Source: Pirellulales bacterium (GTDB taxonomy: Bacteria; Planctomycetota; Planctomycetia; Pirellulales; DATAWG01). Taken from it: a stretch of 64,000 nt of DNA. A program made the translations under genes and the position numbers. Under the pieces are notes generated by a model that was given only the letters and a program-made list of their open reading frames with translations, was not told the origin of the DNA and did not search any database. The DNA is taken from assembly GCA_963738955.1 (NCBI GenBank), contig CAVTYW010000015.1, positions 151,910-215,909 on the forward strand. The letters run 5' to 3'. Of this stretch, positions 8,105 through 18,167 are shown in pieces (position 1 is the first letter of the stretch; each line of letters begins with the position of its first letter).

Positions 8105-9561
8105 GAATTCAGGTCGCCGCCGGCAAAGGGGGCAACGGTTGCCTCAGCTTCCGCCGCGAGAAGTTCATTCCGCGCGGCGGGCCCGACGGCGGCGATGGCG
8201 GCGACGGCGGCAGCGTCATTCTCGTGGCCGAGGCCGGCGTCGATAGCCTCGCCGCTTTGGCCCATCGCAAGCATTGGCGCGCCGAGAACGGCATGCCCGG
8301 TTCGGGCAGCGATTGCCACGGCCGCAGCGCCGAGGATCTGATCCTGCCGGTTCCGCCTGGCACCGTGATCTACGATGCCGACGGCAAGTTTCTCTTGAAA
8401 GACCTGACGCAGATCGGCGAGCAGGTCGTCGTCGCGCGCGGCGGCCGCGGCGGCAAAGGCAACGCACACTTCAAAACGTCGATCAACCGCGCCCCGCGCG
8501 AGCACACGCCCGGCGGCGAAGGCGAAGCGCGCAATCTGCTCTTGGAACTGAAAGTGATCGCCGACGTCGGCCTGGTCGGCAAACCGAACGCCGGCAAGAG
8601 CACGCTGTTCAGCCGCCTATCGCGCGCCCGGCCGGAGATCGCCGATTATCCGTTCACCACCAAGTATCCGAACCTTGGCCTGGTCGATAGCGACGCCGAC
8701 CGCTCGTTCGTGATGGCCGATCTGCCCGGCTTGATCGAAGGAGCCCATGAAGGCATCGGCCTGGGAAACGAATTCCTGCGGCACATCGAACGGGCCGGAA
8801 TCCTCGTCCATCTGGTCGAACCGACGCCGGTCGACGGCTCCGATCCGCTCGCGAATTATCATGCGATCCGTTTCGAGCTCGAGCAATACGCCGCCGAACT
8901 AGGCACGCGCCCGGAAATCGTCGTGCTGACGAAGTGCGAACTGCCCGGTTCGGAGGAAGTTCATCGCCGGCTGAGCGAAGCACTTGGCCGCCCGATTCTT
9001 TCGGCAAGTGCCGTGACGGGCCAGAATCTCGACAAACTCCTCTGGCAGATTTCCGCGGCGCTCGAAGAGAAAAAGCAGCTCACGCGGAGCAGCGGAGACG
9101 CGGAGGAAAGGGTAGGAGAACCCCCGGCGTCCCACCCGGCCGCAGGTCTCGCACGACCGGTTGTGCATCGTGCTGGAATGCAATTCGAACCATACGATCC
9201 CGCTTGGCTCGTCAGCCTTGCAAACCAGCAAAGGCCGGATTTGCCGTGGCTCGCGGCGTCACTCGCCCGGTGCGTCCGATGCCACAAGAAATTGCAAGGG
9301 AAGAAGGGGACGTGCATTTATGAGCATTTCGTCGATCCGAAGAATGCCAACCAAGCAGGAGCTGATTGGCAATACAAGGAATCCATCTCGCTACAACATC
9401 CAGATTTCGGCCACATAATGCTCGACGTTCTCCGGGACAACCGTGTTGGAGGCGTCGAATTCTACGACCGCCTTCTTTCGGGGAAGCCTAAGCCGCCGGT
9501 CAACGCGCCACTTGACGACCGAACGGCGTTGGGCCAACCCTCAACGGTTACTGATCAATAG
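8086..9561 (+). CDS. obg: GTPase Obg/CgtA with an unusual ~160-aa C-terminal extension
   Basis: The ATG at 8086 gives [42 protein letters not shown] (Obg fold). G-domain motifs are [18 protein letters not shown] and TKCE. The core ends near 9080, but the frame stays open to 9561. Confidence 0.85.
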   Translation: MFVDRVRIQVAAGKGGNGCLSFRREKFIPRGGPDGGDGGDGGSVILVAEAGVDSLAALAHRKHWRAENGMPGSGSDCHGRSAEDLILPVPPGTVIYDADGKFLLKDLTQIGEQVVVARGGRGGKGNAHFKTSINRAPREHTPGGEGEARNLLLELKVIADVGLVGKPNAGKSTLFSRLSRARPEIADYPFTTKYPNLGLVDSDADRSFVMADLPGLIEGAHEGIGLGNEFLRHIERAGILVHLVEPTPVDGSDPLANYHAIRFELEQYAAELGTRPEIVVLTKCELPGSEEVHRRLSEALGRPILSASAVTGQNLDKLLWQISAALEEKKQLTRSSGDAEERVGEPPASHPAAGLARPVVHRAGMQFEPYDPAWLVSLANQQRPDLPWLAASLARCVRCHKKLQGKKGTCIYEHFVDPKNANQAGADWQYKESISLQHPDFGHIMLDVLRDNRVGGVEFYDRLLSGKPKPPVNAPLDDRTALGQPSTVTDQ

Positions 9562-9621
9562 GCCAGCGCGTCGGCTATAATCAGTTTGGGCTTCGGAAAC
9601 CATCGGCGAGGAGAGAACGTC

Positions 9622-10359
9622 ATGCCGATTCATGACTGGTCGCGCGTCGATGTTGGTGTTTTTCACGATTTTCATCAGGGTTGGACGGTCGGAATCTGCA
9701 ACGCTCTCAACGCTGGAGGTTTGCCGCAAGAATACTTTGCAATGGTCGAGCAAGCTGCCCAATGGCCGGTTCGGGACGTGATCCCACTTCGGCGGCAAGC
9801 GACGCTCGCGGAAGCTCCAATTTCGAGCGGTGGAATCAATATTTCCGATGCCCCACCGCGGGCCCGGTTTACCGCCTCGGCGGAACTCAGCATATATGCA
9901 GCCAAGGCGAACCGCATCGCGATCCGCGATCTGGATGGCAAAATTATCACGATGATCGAAGTCGTATCGCCGGGAAATAAGAGCAGGAGAAACGCGATAC
10001 GTTCTTTCGTCGCGAAAGCGCACGAGCTATTGTCGCAGGGAATCGACCTATTGGTCGTCGATCTATTCCCGCCAACGTCGCGCGATCCGCAAGGCATTCA
10101 CAAAGCGATTTGGGATGCGATTCAGGATGAGCCATTTGAACTACCGGCGGACAAGCCGTTGACCGTGGCCGCGTACTCCGCGGCCGAACCGCGCACCGCG
10201 TACGTCGAGCCGGTCGCTGTCGGCGATCCGCTGCCGGAACTGCCGATCTTTCTCGACCGGGGTACGTATATTCCAGCCCCGCTTGAGACGACGTATCAAA
10301 TCACCTGGGAAAAGCGCTCTGCCGTGGTGCGGGACTTGGTCGAGAATGGTGGGCCGTGA
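9622..10359 (+). CDS. DUF4058-like hypothetical protein
   Basis: The ATG at 9622 gives MPIHDWSRVDVGVFHDFHQGW..., followed by ...VVSPGNK... and ...LLVVDLFPP... This resembles the DUF4058 family from memory. GAGGAG lies upstream. Confidence 0.55.
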   Translation: MPIHDWSRVDVGVFHDFHQGWTVGICNALNAGGLPQEYFAMVEQAAQWPVRDVIPLRRQATLAEAPISSGGINISDAPPRARFTASAELSIYAAKANRIAIRDLDGKIITMIEVVSPGNKSRRNAIRSFVAKAHELLSQGIDLLVVDLFPPTSRDPQGIHKAIWDAIQDEPFELPADKPLTVAAYSAAEPRTAYVEPVAVGDPLPELPIFLDRGTYIPAPLETTYQITWEKRSAVVRDLVENGGP

Positions 10360-10453
10360 GCCTCTTCTTTTCGAGCGCGGTGTTCGCCATCATTCCGCCG
10401 CACGAATCGCCGTTTCTTGGTATACTTCCGCGCTTCGCCGTGGTCCGTTAGAG

Positions 10454-10507
10454 GCAGTTTCAAAGCCGCCGGGGACTGTCCCCTTTGCCTTGCGGTTTTG
10501 AAACTGC
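10454..10507. repeat. Nested palindrome (16-bp outer stem, GGGGAC-T-GTCCCC inner palindrome)
   Basis: GCAGTTTCAAAGCCGC (10454-10469) pairs with GCGGTTTTGAAACTGC (10492-10507) with one mismatch. The right half is about 85% identical to 19729-19765, next to the IS4-family element. Confidence 0.7.
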
Positions 10508-10534
10508 TTCTAGTAATCCTCCCGCGCGGTCGTT

Positions 10535-11338
10535 ATGTCTTCCGATCCCGTTACGCCACTGATCGCCGTCGATGTCGGCAATAGCCGGATCAAGCTGGGG
10601 CTGTTCGATCGGGCCGTCGAAGTGGATGGCGTCGTCGAGCCGCTGCGCATTTTGGAGCTGCCGGCTGAAGGCTGGGATTCGGCGCGATTGACGGCCTGGC
10701 TGCCGGCGGGACCGGCGTGGATCGATTGGTGGATCGCCAGCGTCAATCGGCCCGCGACGGCACACCTCACGGATTGGATCGTGCGGCAAGGTTCCACGCC
10801 GTCGGGCCATTCGGCGCCGATTCGGCTGTTGAACGCAAATGACCTCCCGCTGGAGGTGCGCGTCGAGCATCCCGAGCGCGTCGGAATGGATCGGCTGGCG
10901 GCGGCGGCGGCGGCGGCGCGGCTGCGCGATCCGCAGCGCGGCGCGCTGATCGTCGATTCGGGCAGCGCGATCACGGTCGATTTCGTCTCGTCCGACGGCG
11001 CTTTTTTGGGCGGAGCGATTCTACCCGGGATGGGCCTCGCGGCCCGCGCGCTGCACGAGTTCACCGATCTGTTGCCGCTCGTTCCACTCGGCGAACTTTC
11101 CGAACCGCCCGCGGCACTGGGAACGTTGACCGTCACGGCCATTCGCAGCGGTCTGTATTGGGGCGCGGTCGGCGCGGTGCGCGAACTGGCCGAGCAATTG
11201 TCGGCCGGGCATTCGCCGCCGCCGGAATTGTTTCTCACCGGCGGCGCGGGCCCGCATTTGGCCCGAGCGCTGTCGAACCCGGTGCGGATCGAGCCGCATC
11301 TCGTTCTCAGCGGAATCGCAATGGCACGGCGAGCGTAA
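10535..11338 (+). CDS. coaX: Type III pantothenate kinase
   Basis: LIAVDVGNSRIKLGLF near the N-terminus, ALIVDSGSAITVDF, and GGAILPG. Length (267 aa) and layout are typical of CoaX. Confidence 0.85.
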   Translation: MSSDPVTPLIAVDVGNSRIKLGLFDRAVEVDGVVEPLRILELPAEGWDSARLTAWLPAGPAWIDWWIASVNRPATAHLTDWIVRQGSTPSGHSAPIRLLNANDLPLEVRVEHPERVGMDRLAAAAAAARLRDPQRGALIVDSGSAITVDFVSSDGAFLGGAILPGMGLAARALHEFTDLLPLVPLGELSEPPAALGTLTVTAIRSGLYWGAVGAVRELAEQLSAGHSPPPELFLTGGAGPHLARALSNPVRIEPHLVLSGIAMARRA

Positions 11339-11343
11339 TACAC

Positions 11344-11407
11344 CAACCCGAAGCGTTAGCGAGGGCGAAGCGCCAATGCGGCCCGTCCTCGCTAACGCTT
11401 CGGGTTG
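11344..11407. repeat. Palindromic repeat, GAAGCGTTAGCGAGG family, copy B
   Basis: Perfect 21-bp arms CAACCCGAAGCGTTAGCGAGG (11344-11364) and its complement (11387-11407), immediately after the coaX stop. It may double as a terminator, although there is no T-run. Confidence 0.8.
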
Positions 11408-11439
11408 CTGTGGTGGGATGAACGTCGTCCGCCTAACGT

Positions 11440-12594
11440 ATGAACCAACTTCCGCCAAATCGCGCGATATTGCTAACGCCGGAAGGTCGCGGCGCCGTGG
11501 CTTCGTTGCGCGTCGAAGGCCCTCGGGCCGGCGAATGGATCGAGCGGTATTTCGTTGGAGCGAAACGTCCGTTTACGATCGGGCGAATTCACGTTGGCCA
11601 TTGGGGAACAACGCCATCAGAGGAAGTCGTTGTCTGCCGTCTCGAACCTGAAAAATTCGAGGTGCATTGCCACGGAGGCGCAGCCGCGTCGCAACGCATC
11701 ATCAACGATTTGACGCAAGAGGATTGCAGCGTTGTGCCGTGGCGTAGTTGGATCGGCGCAGAGGAATCGGATCCCGTTCGGGCCGCCGCCCGTGTGCTGT
11801 TGGCGGATACTCGCACCGAAAGAACCGCGGCGATTCTGCTCGATCAATATGGCGGCGCGTTGAATCGCGCGATCGACGACATTGTCGCGTCGATTGAATC
11901 CGGCGATGCGGCGGCCGCCACGGCGCGGCTGGATGGACTTCTTGGCCGCGCGGCGGTCGGCTTGCATCTGATCGAACCGTGGCGAGTCGTTTTGGCCGGC
12001 CCACCGAACGTCGGCAAGAGCAGCCTGATCAATGCGCTGGTCGGCTATCGCCGGTCGATTGTTCACGACGCTCCGGGCACGACGCGCGATGCCGTCAGTG
12101 TTTCCACGGCCTTTGATGGCTGGCCCGTCGATCTAATCGACACCGCCGGCCTGCGAACGAGCGACGATCCGTTGGAACTCGCCGGGATCGACCGCGCCCG
12201 GCAACAAATCGCGTCGGCCGATGCGGTGCTGCTGGTGTTCGACGCCGCGCAAGCGTGGACCGCCGAACTGGCCGCGATGGCGCGGCAATTCTCCGCGGCG
12301 ATTCTGGTTCACAACAAAGTGGATCTATTGCGTGATGGCACTGCGGTCGCGGACCATCCGCCGGGAGTTGCGACAAGCGCATTGGACGGCACTGGCGTTG
12401 AAACGTTGATTGCGAAGGTTGTTTCGCACTTGATTCTTGAAGAACCGACAGCCGGCGCGGCGGTTCCATTTACCGAAAGCCTGGTCGCAACTTTGCGCGA
12501 GGCGAGAAAGCAGATCGAGCAAAGCGAATGGAAGGCCGCAATCGCTGAGTTGCGCGGGTTGGGCGTGCAGGCCCGCGGTGCTATCGCCGGCTAA
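11440..12594 (+). CDS. MnmE/TrmE-like GTPase (short form, no C-terminal Cys motif)
   Basis: N-terminal RGAVASLRVEG (TrmE_N-like). G-domain motifs are GPPNVGKSSLINAL, GTTRD and DTAGL. At 384 aa it is shorter than typical MnmE (~450 aa), and it ends ...GVQARGAIAG. Confidence 0.7.
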   Translation: MNQLPPNRAILLTPEGRGAVASLRVEGPRAGEWIERYFVGAKRPFTIGRIHVGHWGTTPSEEVVVCRLEPEKFEVHCHGGAAASQRIINDLTQEDCSVVPWRSWIGAEESDPVRAAARVLLADTRTERTAAILLDQYGGALNRAIDDIVASIESGDAAAATARLDGLLGRAAVGLHLIEPWRVVLAGPPNVGKSSLINALVGYRRSIVHDAPGTTRDAVSVSTAFDGWPVDLIDTAGLRTSDDPLELAGIDRARQQIASADAVLLVFDAAQAWTAELAAMARQFSAAILVHNKVDLLRDGTAVADHPPGVATSALDGTGVETLIAKVVSHLILEEPTAGAAVPFTESLVATLREARKQIEQSEWKAAIAELRGLGVQARGAIAG

Positions 12595-12616
12595 TCCAGC
12601 GATCCGGCGATTTTTT
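12583..12616 (+). terminator. Candidate intrinsic terminator after the mnmE-like gene
   Basis: ATCGCCGG (12583-12590), a 13-nt loop, CCGGCGAT (12604-12611), then TTTTT. Confidence 0.45.
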
Positions 12617-12768
12617 CGCAACTGCTCTGGACTCGCTCGGCGGCGGCGGCTACTTTTCCCACCTCGACTAATATACCAGGACCAACTCGTTTCGCGGTTC
12701 ATCCGTCGGAAACGGATTGCCGTTGCGTGGTGCCTGGTGCTGACTTGCTGTTCAAGGAGGAACAGACA

Positions 12769-15135
12769 ATGTTCCATGATGCGCAGGAATGGAAACGACT
12801 GATACGTCGGTTGAAAATCAGCCGGAAACTGCTGCGAAGCGCGGCGCTGCTCACGGCGTTGCTTGTGCCGCTGGGCATCGTGGCGCTGCGGCCCTCGCAG
12901 GCAAACGATCATGCTGCGTCGACGGTGCCGCCTCCGCCCGTGCCGAGCGCTCCCGCCACGAACCAAACCGCGCCGGCCATTGTTCCGTTGCCGCCGCAAC
13001 TGATACCGAAGGCGCCGACCGATGCCGCGTCAACCACGGTCAGCGACGACAGCGCTCCCACGACAACGACCGACGCGAAGAGCGCGAAAACACCACCGCC
13101 GACGCCCGTGCCAACAGCGTCTCCAGCGATCACGCCGTTGCAATCCACGCCGCTACCATCGACCGATCTCCCCTCGATCACGCTGCCGCCGCCCGTTCAA
13201 CCCTCGATCCGGCAACCGACTTCCGATTCCTCCTCAGCGCCGAAGAATCCCGCGCAATCGTCGCTGCACGTCGAAGTGATGCCGGCCAGCGATTGGACGC
13301 CGCCGGCCGATGCCGCAGCCATTTCCAGCGCCGACACGAAATCCGAATCCGCCGCCGACCGCGTGACTCCAGCCAGCGCCGCGATTCCCGAAGCCACCGC
13401 CGTCGAACTCCCGCCCGACAAGGCAACTCAAACCGCCGACGACCTGCCCGACCTGCCGCCGCTGCAAGTCGAAGCGGCGCAATTCAAGGACATTCAGCCG
13501 GGCGTCACCACCGCCGATGAATTGATCCAACAATGGGGCGAAGGGAAATTGCTGAAGCAAAAAGACGGCACGCAGCAGCGCGTCTACAAGCAGGACCTTT
13601 ATCCGCGCGTCAGCGTCACCATCGAAAAGAAAAAAGTCTCCACCATCGACGCGCAATTGGACCAGCCGACCGAGACGGACGTGCTGGCGCAGCGGCTTCA
13701 TTTGGATCTCGACAGCAGCGTGCCGGTGCTCGACGACAACGGCCAGACGTTGGGCCAATCGTATCCCGACCGCGGTTTGCTGTTCAGCTACGATCCGGGC
13801 ACGAAATTGGTCTCGCAGATATTGCTGGAATCCATCGATCCGCAGCCGTTTCTCGTCCGAGCGACGACCGAGGCCGAACTTCACCCCGGCTGGTGCCTTC
13901 GCGATGTCAACTATGCGTTGCAGCTCGACCCCAAGCACGCCGAGACGCACGATATCCGCGCTCAAATGTTGCTGTCGATCGGCCGCCCCGGCGAGGCGCT
14001 GAAGTCGGAGCGGCGCTCCGTCGAACTCGCCCCGGAGAACGCGGCTTTCGTGCTGAGCAAGGCGGCCATTTTGGCGCGGCTCGATCAGCGCGAAGATGCG
14101 ATCAAGCTCACGCAAACCATCGTCGATCGCACCGACTTGCCGCGATTGCTCAAGGCTCATGCCTTGTGCCAGCTTGCCGATCTGACGGCCGCCGGTTCGC
14201 CGGAAAACGGCAAGCGAGCGATTGACCTTTACATGTCGGCGATCAAGACGGCCCAGCCGCTGGCATCGGACCAGCGTGTTAATGTTCGGCGATTGGCAAA
14301 ACGCGTATTACTCGACGCCCATCTCGGCGCGGCGACGGAAATCGCTTGGGGCGTGTGGCAGAAGAAATCGGTCACCGTCGAGCGCTGGATCAAGCAAGCC
14401 GATCAATTGGCGAAGGACCTGATCGAACACGAAGAGGCCGATCCGCAATTGCGATTGGAAGTAGCTCGCCGAGCCGTCTCCGCCGCCGCGGGAATCGACG
14501 GCAACTGGAACGCCAGCGAATGGACTCAACAGGCTCTCGACACCGGCCGCAAGCTCATCGAAGAAACCGATGATCCGCTGCGCCGCGAGCAACTCGAATG
14601 GGAACTCGGCACGGCCTTGGTCGATGCCCTCGAGTTGCAACGAACCGCCGGACTGGATCCGCAATCGCTTGCGCATGCCATGGCGGTGCTCAAATACTTG
14701 CAGTCGGGAATTCAATACCGCCAGCGCACGCCGGAGACCACGTACATCTTGGGCCGCGTTTATTTTCAAATCGGCGTGATCCATGCCGTCGTCAACCGCG
14801 ATCATGCGACGGCGGTGTTGTGGTTCGATCGGGCGAAACCGTTCTTGGATCGCCCGCTGCCCGCGTCGGCCGCGCCGCGAATCGGCCGCAACGGCGAACT
14901 GCTGGTAAGCATGGGAATCTCCTACTGGCAGACGGGCCGCAAAGAAGAGGGCCTGCGGCTGACGCAAAAAGGAACCGACCTGATGGCGAAAGCCGTTTCG
15001 CTGAAGCTGCTGAACGACGGCGCCTTGGCGGTTCCCTACGGCAATCTGGCCTCAATGCACAAGCAATTGGGCCATTCCGAACAAGCCCGATCGTTCTCCG
15101 AAATGGCCGCGCAGCACGATACGGTGCGTCGGTAA
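12769..15135 (+). CDS. Membrane-anchored Pro/Thr/Ser-rich protein with C-terminal TPR-like repeats
   Basis: The ATG at 12769 is preceded by AAGGAGG. An N-terminal TM segment (AALLTALLVPLGIVAL) is followed by a long low-complexity P/T/S/A region. The helical-repeat C-terminal half looks TPR-like. Confidence 0.7.
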   Translation: MFHDAQEWKRLIRRLKISRKLLRSAALLTALLVPLGIVALRPSQANDHAASTVPPPPVPSAPATNQTAPAIVPLPPQLIPKAPTDAASTTVSDDSAPTTTTDAKSAKTPPPTPVPTASPAITPLQSTPLPSTDLPSITLPPPVQPSIRQPTSDSSSAPKNPAQSSLHVEVMPASDWTPPADAAAISSADTKSESAADRVTPASAAIPEATAVELPPDKATQTADDLPDLPPLQVEAAQFKDIQPGVTTADELIQQWGEGKLLKQKDGTQQRVYKQDLYPRVSVTIEKKKVSTIDAQLDQPTETDVLAQRLHLDLDSSVPVLDDNGQTLGQSYPDRGLLFSYDPGTKLVSQILLESIDPQPFLVRATTEAELHPGWCLRDVNYALQLDPKHAETHDIRAQMLLSIGRPGEALKSERRSVELAPENAAFVLSKAAILARLDQREDAIKLTQTIVDRTDLPRLLKAHALCQLADLTAAGSPENGKRAIDLYMSAIKTAQPLASDQRVNVRRLAKRVLLDAHLGAATEIAWGVWQKKSVTVERWIKQADQLAKDLIEHEEADPQLRLEVARRAVSAAAGIDGNWNASEWTQQALDTGRKLIEETDDPLRREQLEWELGTALVDALELQRTAGLDPQSLAHAMAVLKYLQSGIQYRQRTPETTYILGRVYFQIGVIHAVVNRDHATAVLWFDRAKPFLDRPLPASAAPRIGRNGELLVSMGISYWQTGRKEEGLRLTQKGTDLMAKAVSLKLLNDGALAVPYGNLASMHKQLGHSEQARSFSEMAAQHDTVRR

Positions 15136-15290
15136 GCGGCACGCTCGCAAAGAGCAGCCTGAAGGCTGAACACCAACCGTTGGAGTTCACGCTTCAGCGT
15201 GCCGCCGAGCGTCGCTGTTCTATTGACCACAACGTAGCCGACTCCGCGTGCTATACTGGCAACTGGGCCTCTCCGACCTAGAATTGCCGT

Positions 15291-16843
15291 ATGAAGCAGC
15301 ACGCGCTATCGTTGATTATTTGGCGATCGGCCATCGCGGCTCGACGATGCGCTGCAATCCTTCTGGCGTTGTTCGCACTTTGGCATGCGACCGCCATCGC
15401 CGCATCGCCGACAGCCGCCTTGGTCGCCGAGCAGACCGCACTGGAGACCAAATACGGCGAGCAGTTGACCGCTTTGGCAACTTGGTGCGACGGACATCAT
15501 CTCACGTCGCAAGCGACGCTCGTCCGCCAGTGGCTGCCCCGCCGCGAGCCGAACAAGCTCTACGTCTTCGTGCTGCCGGATTCCTTTTCGCCGTCGGCAG
15601 TATCACCACCAGCATCGTCAAGCGGCACCGCGCCAACGGCGACAGCCGAACCAAAAAATCCCGCCGACGCCCAATGGTGGCAACAATTCGTCAAGCTCCG
15701 CCAGTCTCAGGCCGACGCTCTTTTCGCCTTGGCTCAAAAAGCCCTCGCGGCCCACGAGCCGGCGCTGGCTTATGAATTGGTTCGCGAAACCGTCCGCGAG
15801 AATCCCGACCATGAACGTGGCCGAATCATCTTGGGCTACGAGAAATACGATGGACGCTGGGTGTCGCCCTATGCGGCCCATCGGCTCGCGTCGGGCTATG
15901 TGTTTCACGACAAATTCGGCTGGGTCGCCGCCGCCGATCTGCCGCGCTACGAGCGTGGCGAACGAAAATCGCGCGGCAATTGGGTCGATCAGGCGATCGA
16001 CGCCAAACAACATGCCGACATCAAATCGGGCTGGCGCGTCGAGACGGAGCACTACATCGTCAACAGCAATCGCAGCCTCGAAGCCGGCGTCGCGCTGGCC
16101 GTGCAATTGGAGCGGCTGAACGAAATCTGGCGGCAGGTGTTCGTCACGTATTATCTGCCCGAGGCCGAATTGAAAAAGCGATTCGACGCCACGACCCCGG
16201 CCCATCCCGCGTCGCATCAATACCACGTCGTCTACTACCGCGATCGCGACGAATACAATGCGGCCCTGCGTCCGATGCAGCCGTTGATCGGCATGACGCA
16301 GGGGATTTACATGTTCGATTCGCACACCGCCTTTTTCTTTGCCGGCGAAGGGCAGAACGAGCAAGTCTTGTTTCACGAAGCGACGCATCAATTGTTTCAA
16401 GAGATTCGGCCATCGACCCGCGAACTCGGCCGGCGCAACAACTTTTGGGTCGTCGAAGCGATCGCCTGCTACATGGAATCGCTGGTCGCGCACGATTCCT
16501 ACTACACGCTCGGCGGCTTCGCCGAAGGCCGAGTCCCCGCGGCCAGCAAACGCCTGCTCGACGACCATTTCTACGTCCCGCTGGCCGAACTAGTCACGAT
16601 GAGCCGCGACGCCCTGCAACACGATTCCCGCCTGCCGATGCTCTACAGCCAATCCTCCGGCCTGGCGCTTTTTTCATGCACTATGGCGGCGGCCAATATC
16701 GCCAACCGCTGATCGAATACCTGCTCGCCGTCTACGCCAACAAAGCCGACGCCGACGCGTTGGCCCGCGCGACCGGCACGAAATACGATAAACTGGACGA
16801 GCAGTATTCCGATTTCATGAAGCAATCCGCCGCGGCGAATTAG
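15291..16843 (+). CDS. Secreted HExxH metallopeptidase-like protein (DUF1570-like), frame break in a T-run near 16670
   Basis: Signal-peptide-like N-terminus and LFHEATHQLF (HExxH). Track ORFs 15291..16712 and 15980..16843 join if the T6 run at 16669-16674 is T7, giving ...GLALFFMHYGGGQYRQPLIEYL... Confidence 0.65.
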
Positions 16844-16969
16844 GACCGAATTATGGGATGGCAAGCTGCTAGGTCAAAAAAATCTGCGTCCGGCTTCTGC
16901 CTTTCGCAAGGTGGTTGTTTGGAAGTTAGGTATGACCCCGCACTTGATTCGAACAGGCATCTCAGATTT

Positions 16970-17986
16970 ATGAAAACCACGATTCTGTTTTCGACGTTCA
17001 TCGCCGGATTGATGTTTTTGTTCTCAATCGGATCCACTGCCTCGGCTGCCGAGAAGATCGAATTCGCCATCGCCCTGCACGGCGGCGCGGGGATCGAGCC
17101 GGAAAAGCTTTCCGAGGAGAGAAAGAAGGAATATCGCGAGTCATTGGCGAAGGCCCTGGAGGTTGGTCGGAAGATTCTTGCTCGCGGCGGTACGGCTCTC
17201 GATGCGGTCGAAGAGACGATCCGCGCCTTGGAGGACGACCCGCTCTACAACGCCGGACTTGGTGCAGTTTTCAACGCTGAAGGAAAGCACGAACTCGACG
17301 CATCGATCATGGACGGCAAGGCTGGCGGGGCTGGCGCGGTGGGCAGCGTGACCACCGTGAAGAATCCGATCTCGCTGGCCCGGCTGGTCATGACCGAAAC
17401 GCCCCATGTACTCCTCGTTGGCGCCGGGGCGGAAAAGTTCGCCGACGAAATGAAAGCGAGTCCGCGAATTCAACGTGTGCCGAACAGCTATTTCGACACG
17501 GAATTGCAACGCAAGGAATGGCTCGAAGCCGTCGAGCAGGAAAAGCAGAAGCAATTGACACCGGCGAAAAGAGATTCTAACAAGGGAACCGTGGGGTGCG
17601 TTGCTTTGGACAAACAAGGCAATTTAGCTGCCGGCACTTCCACCGGTGGTCTCACGAACAAGAAGTGGGGACGCCTCGGGGACTCGCCGATCATCGGCGC
17701 CGGCACGTACGCCAACAACGCTTCCTGTGCCGTCAGTTGCACCGGAACGGGCGAATACTTCATTAAGCATAGCATCGCGTTTCATGTCTCGGCGCTGATC
17801 GTCTACAAGCGACTATCGCTGGACGAAGCCGTGCGAGAGATCGTCGGGCATATCCTCCCGCCAGACAGCGGTGGTTTGATAGCCATCGATCGCGACGGCC
17901 GAGTTTCCATGCAAATGAACACGCCCGGAATGTCCCGGGCAATGACCGATTCGACCGGCCGCCTCACCATCAAGTTGGGCAATTGA
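16970..17986 (+). CDS. Isoaspartyl peptidase / L-asparaginase (Ntn-hydrolase, plant-type asparaginase family), secreted
   Basis: The ATG at 16970 gives MKTTILFSTFIAGLMFLFSIGSTASA (signal peptide). AIALHGGAG is present, and GTVGCVALDKQGNLAAGTSTGG contains the autocleavage Thr. Confidence 0.85.
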   Translation: MKTTILFSTFIAGLMFLFSIGSTASAAEKIEFAIALHGGAGIEPEKLSEERKKEYRESLAKALEVGRKILARGGTALDAVEETIRALEDDPLYNAGLGAVFNAEGKHELDASIMDGKAGGAGAVGSVTTVKNPISLARLVMTETPHVLLVGAGAEKFADEMKASPRIQRVPNSYFDTELQRKEWLEAVEQEKQKQLTPAKRDSNKGTVGCVALDKQGNLAAGTSTGGLTNKKWGRLGDSPIIGAGTYANNASCAVSCTGTGEYFIKHSIAFHVSALIVYKRLSLDEAVREIVGHILPPDSGGLIAIDRDGRVSMQMNTPGMSRAMTDSTGRLTIKLGN

Positions 17987-18115
17987 CTCCGAAGTTGAGT
18001 AAACAAAGCCGGCCCAGATCTAGCGAGCCTGCGCCCTGGAATGCGATTCTTCGCGACGCCGGCTATAGTGACCGGCGGCAGCCATTCGATGTCAGCGATG
18101 CCCGGCCGGAAAGTT

Positions 18116-18160
18116 GACGAAGAAAAGGGGCGGACGAAGAAAAGGGACGAAGAAAAGGGG
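18116..18160. repeat. Tandem 14-15-mer array (GACGAAGAAAAGGGG x3)
   Basis: Units at 18116-18130, 18133-18146 and 18147-18160, read directly. The array abuts the left end of the IS4-family element. Confidence 0.8.
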
Positions 18161-18167
18161 ACGCGAG

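Noticed and set aside
9622-10359. Defence-system or toxin-antitoxin role for the DUF4058-like gene next to obg
   Set aside because: It is a single gene with no partner ORF and no nuclease or ATPase motifs that I can point to. There is no supporting context.
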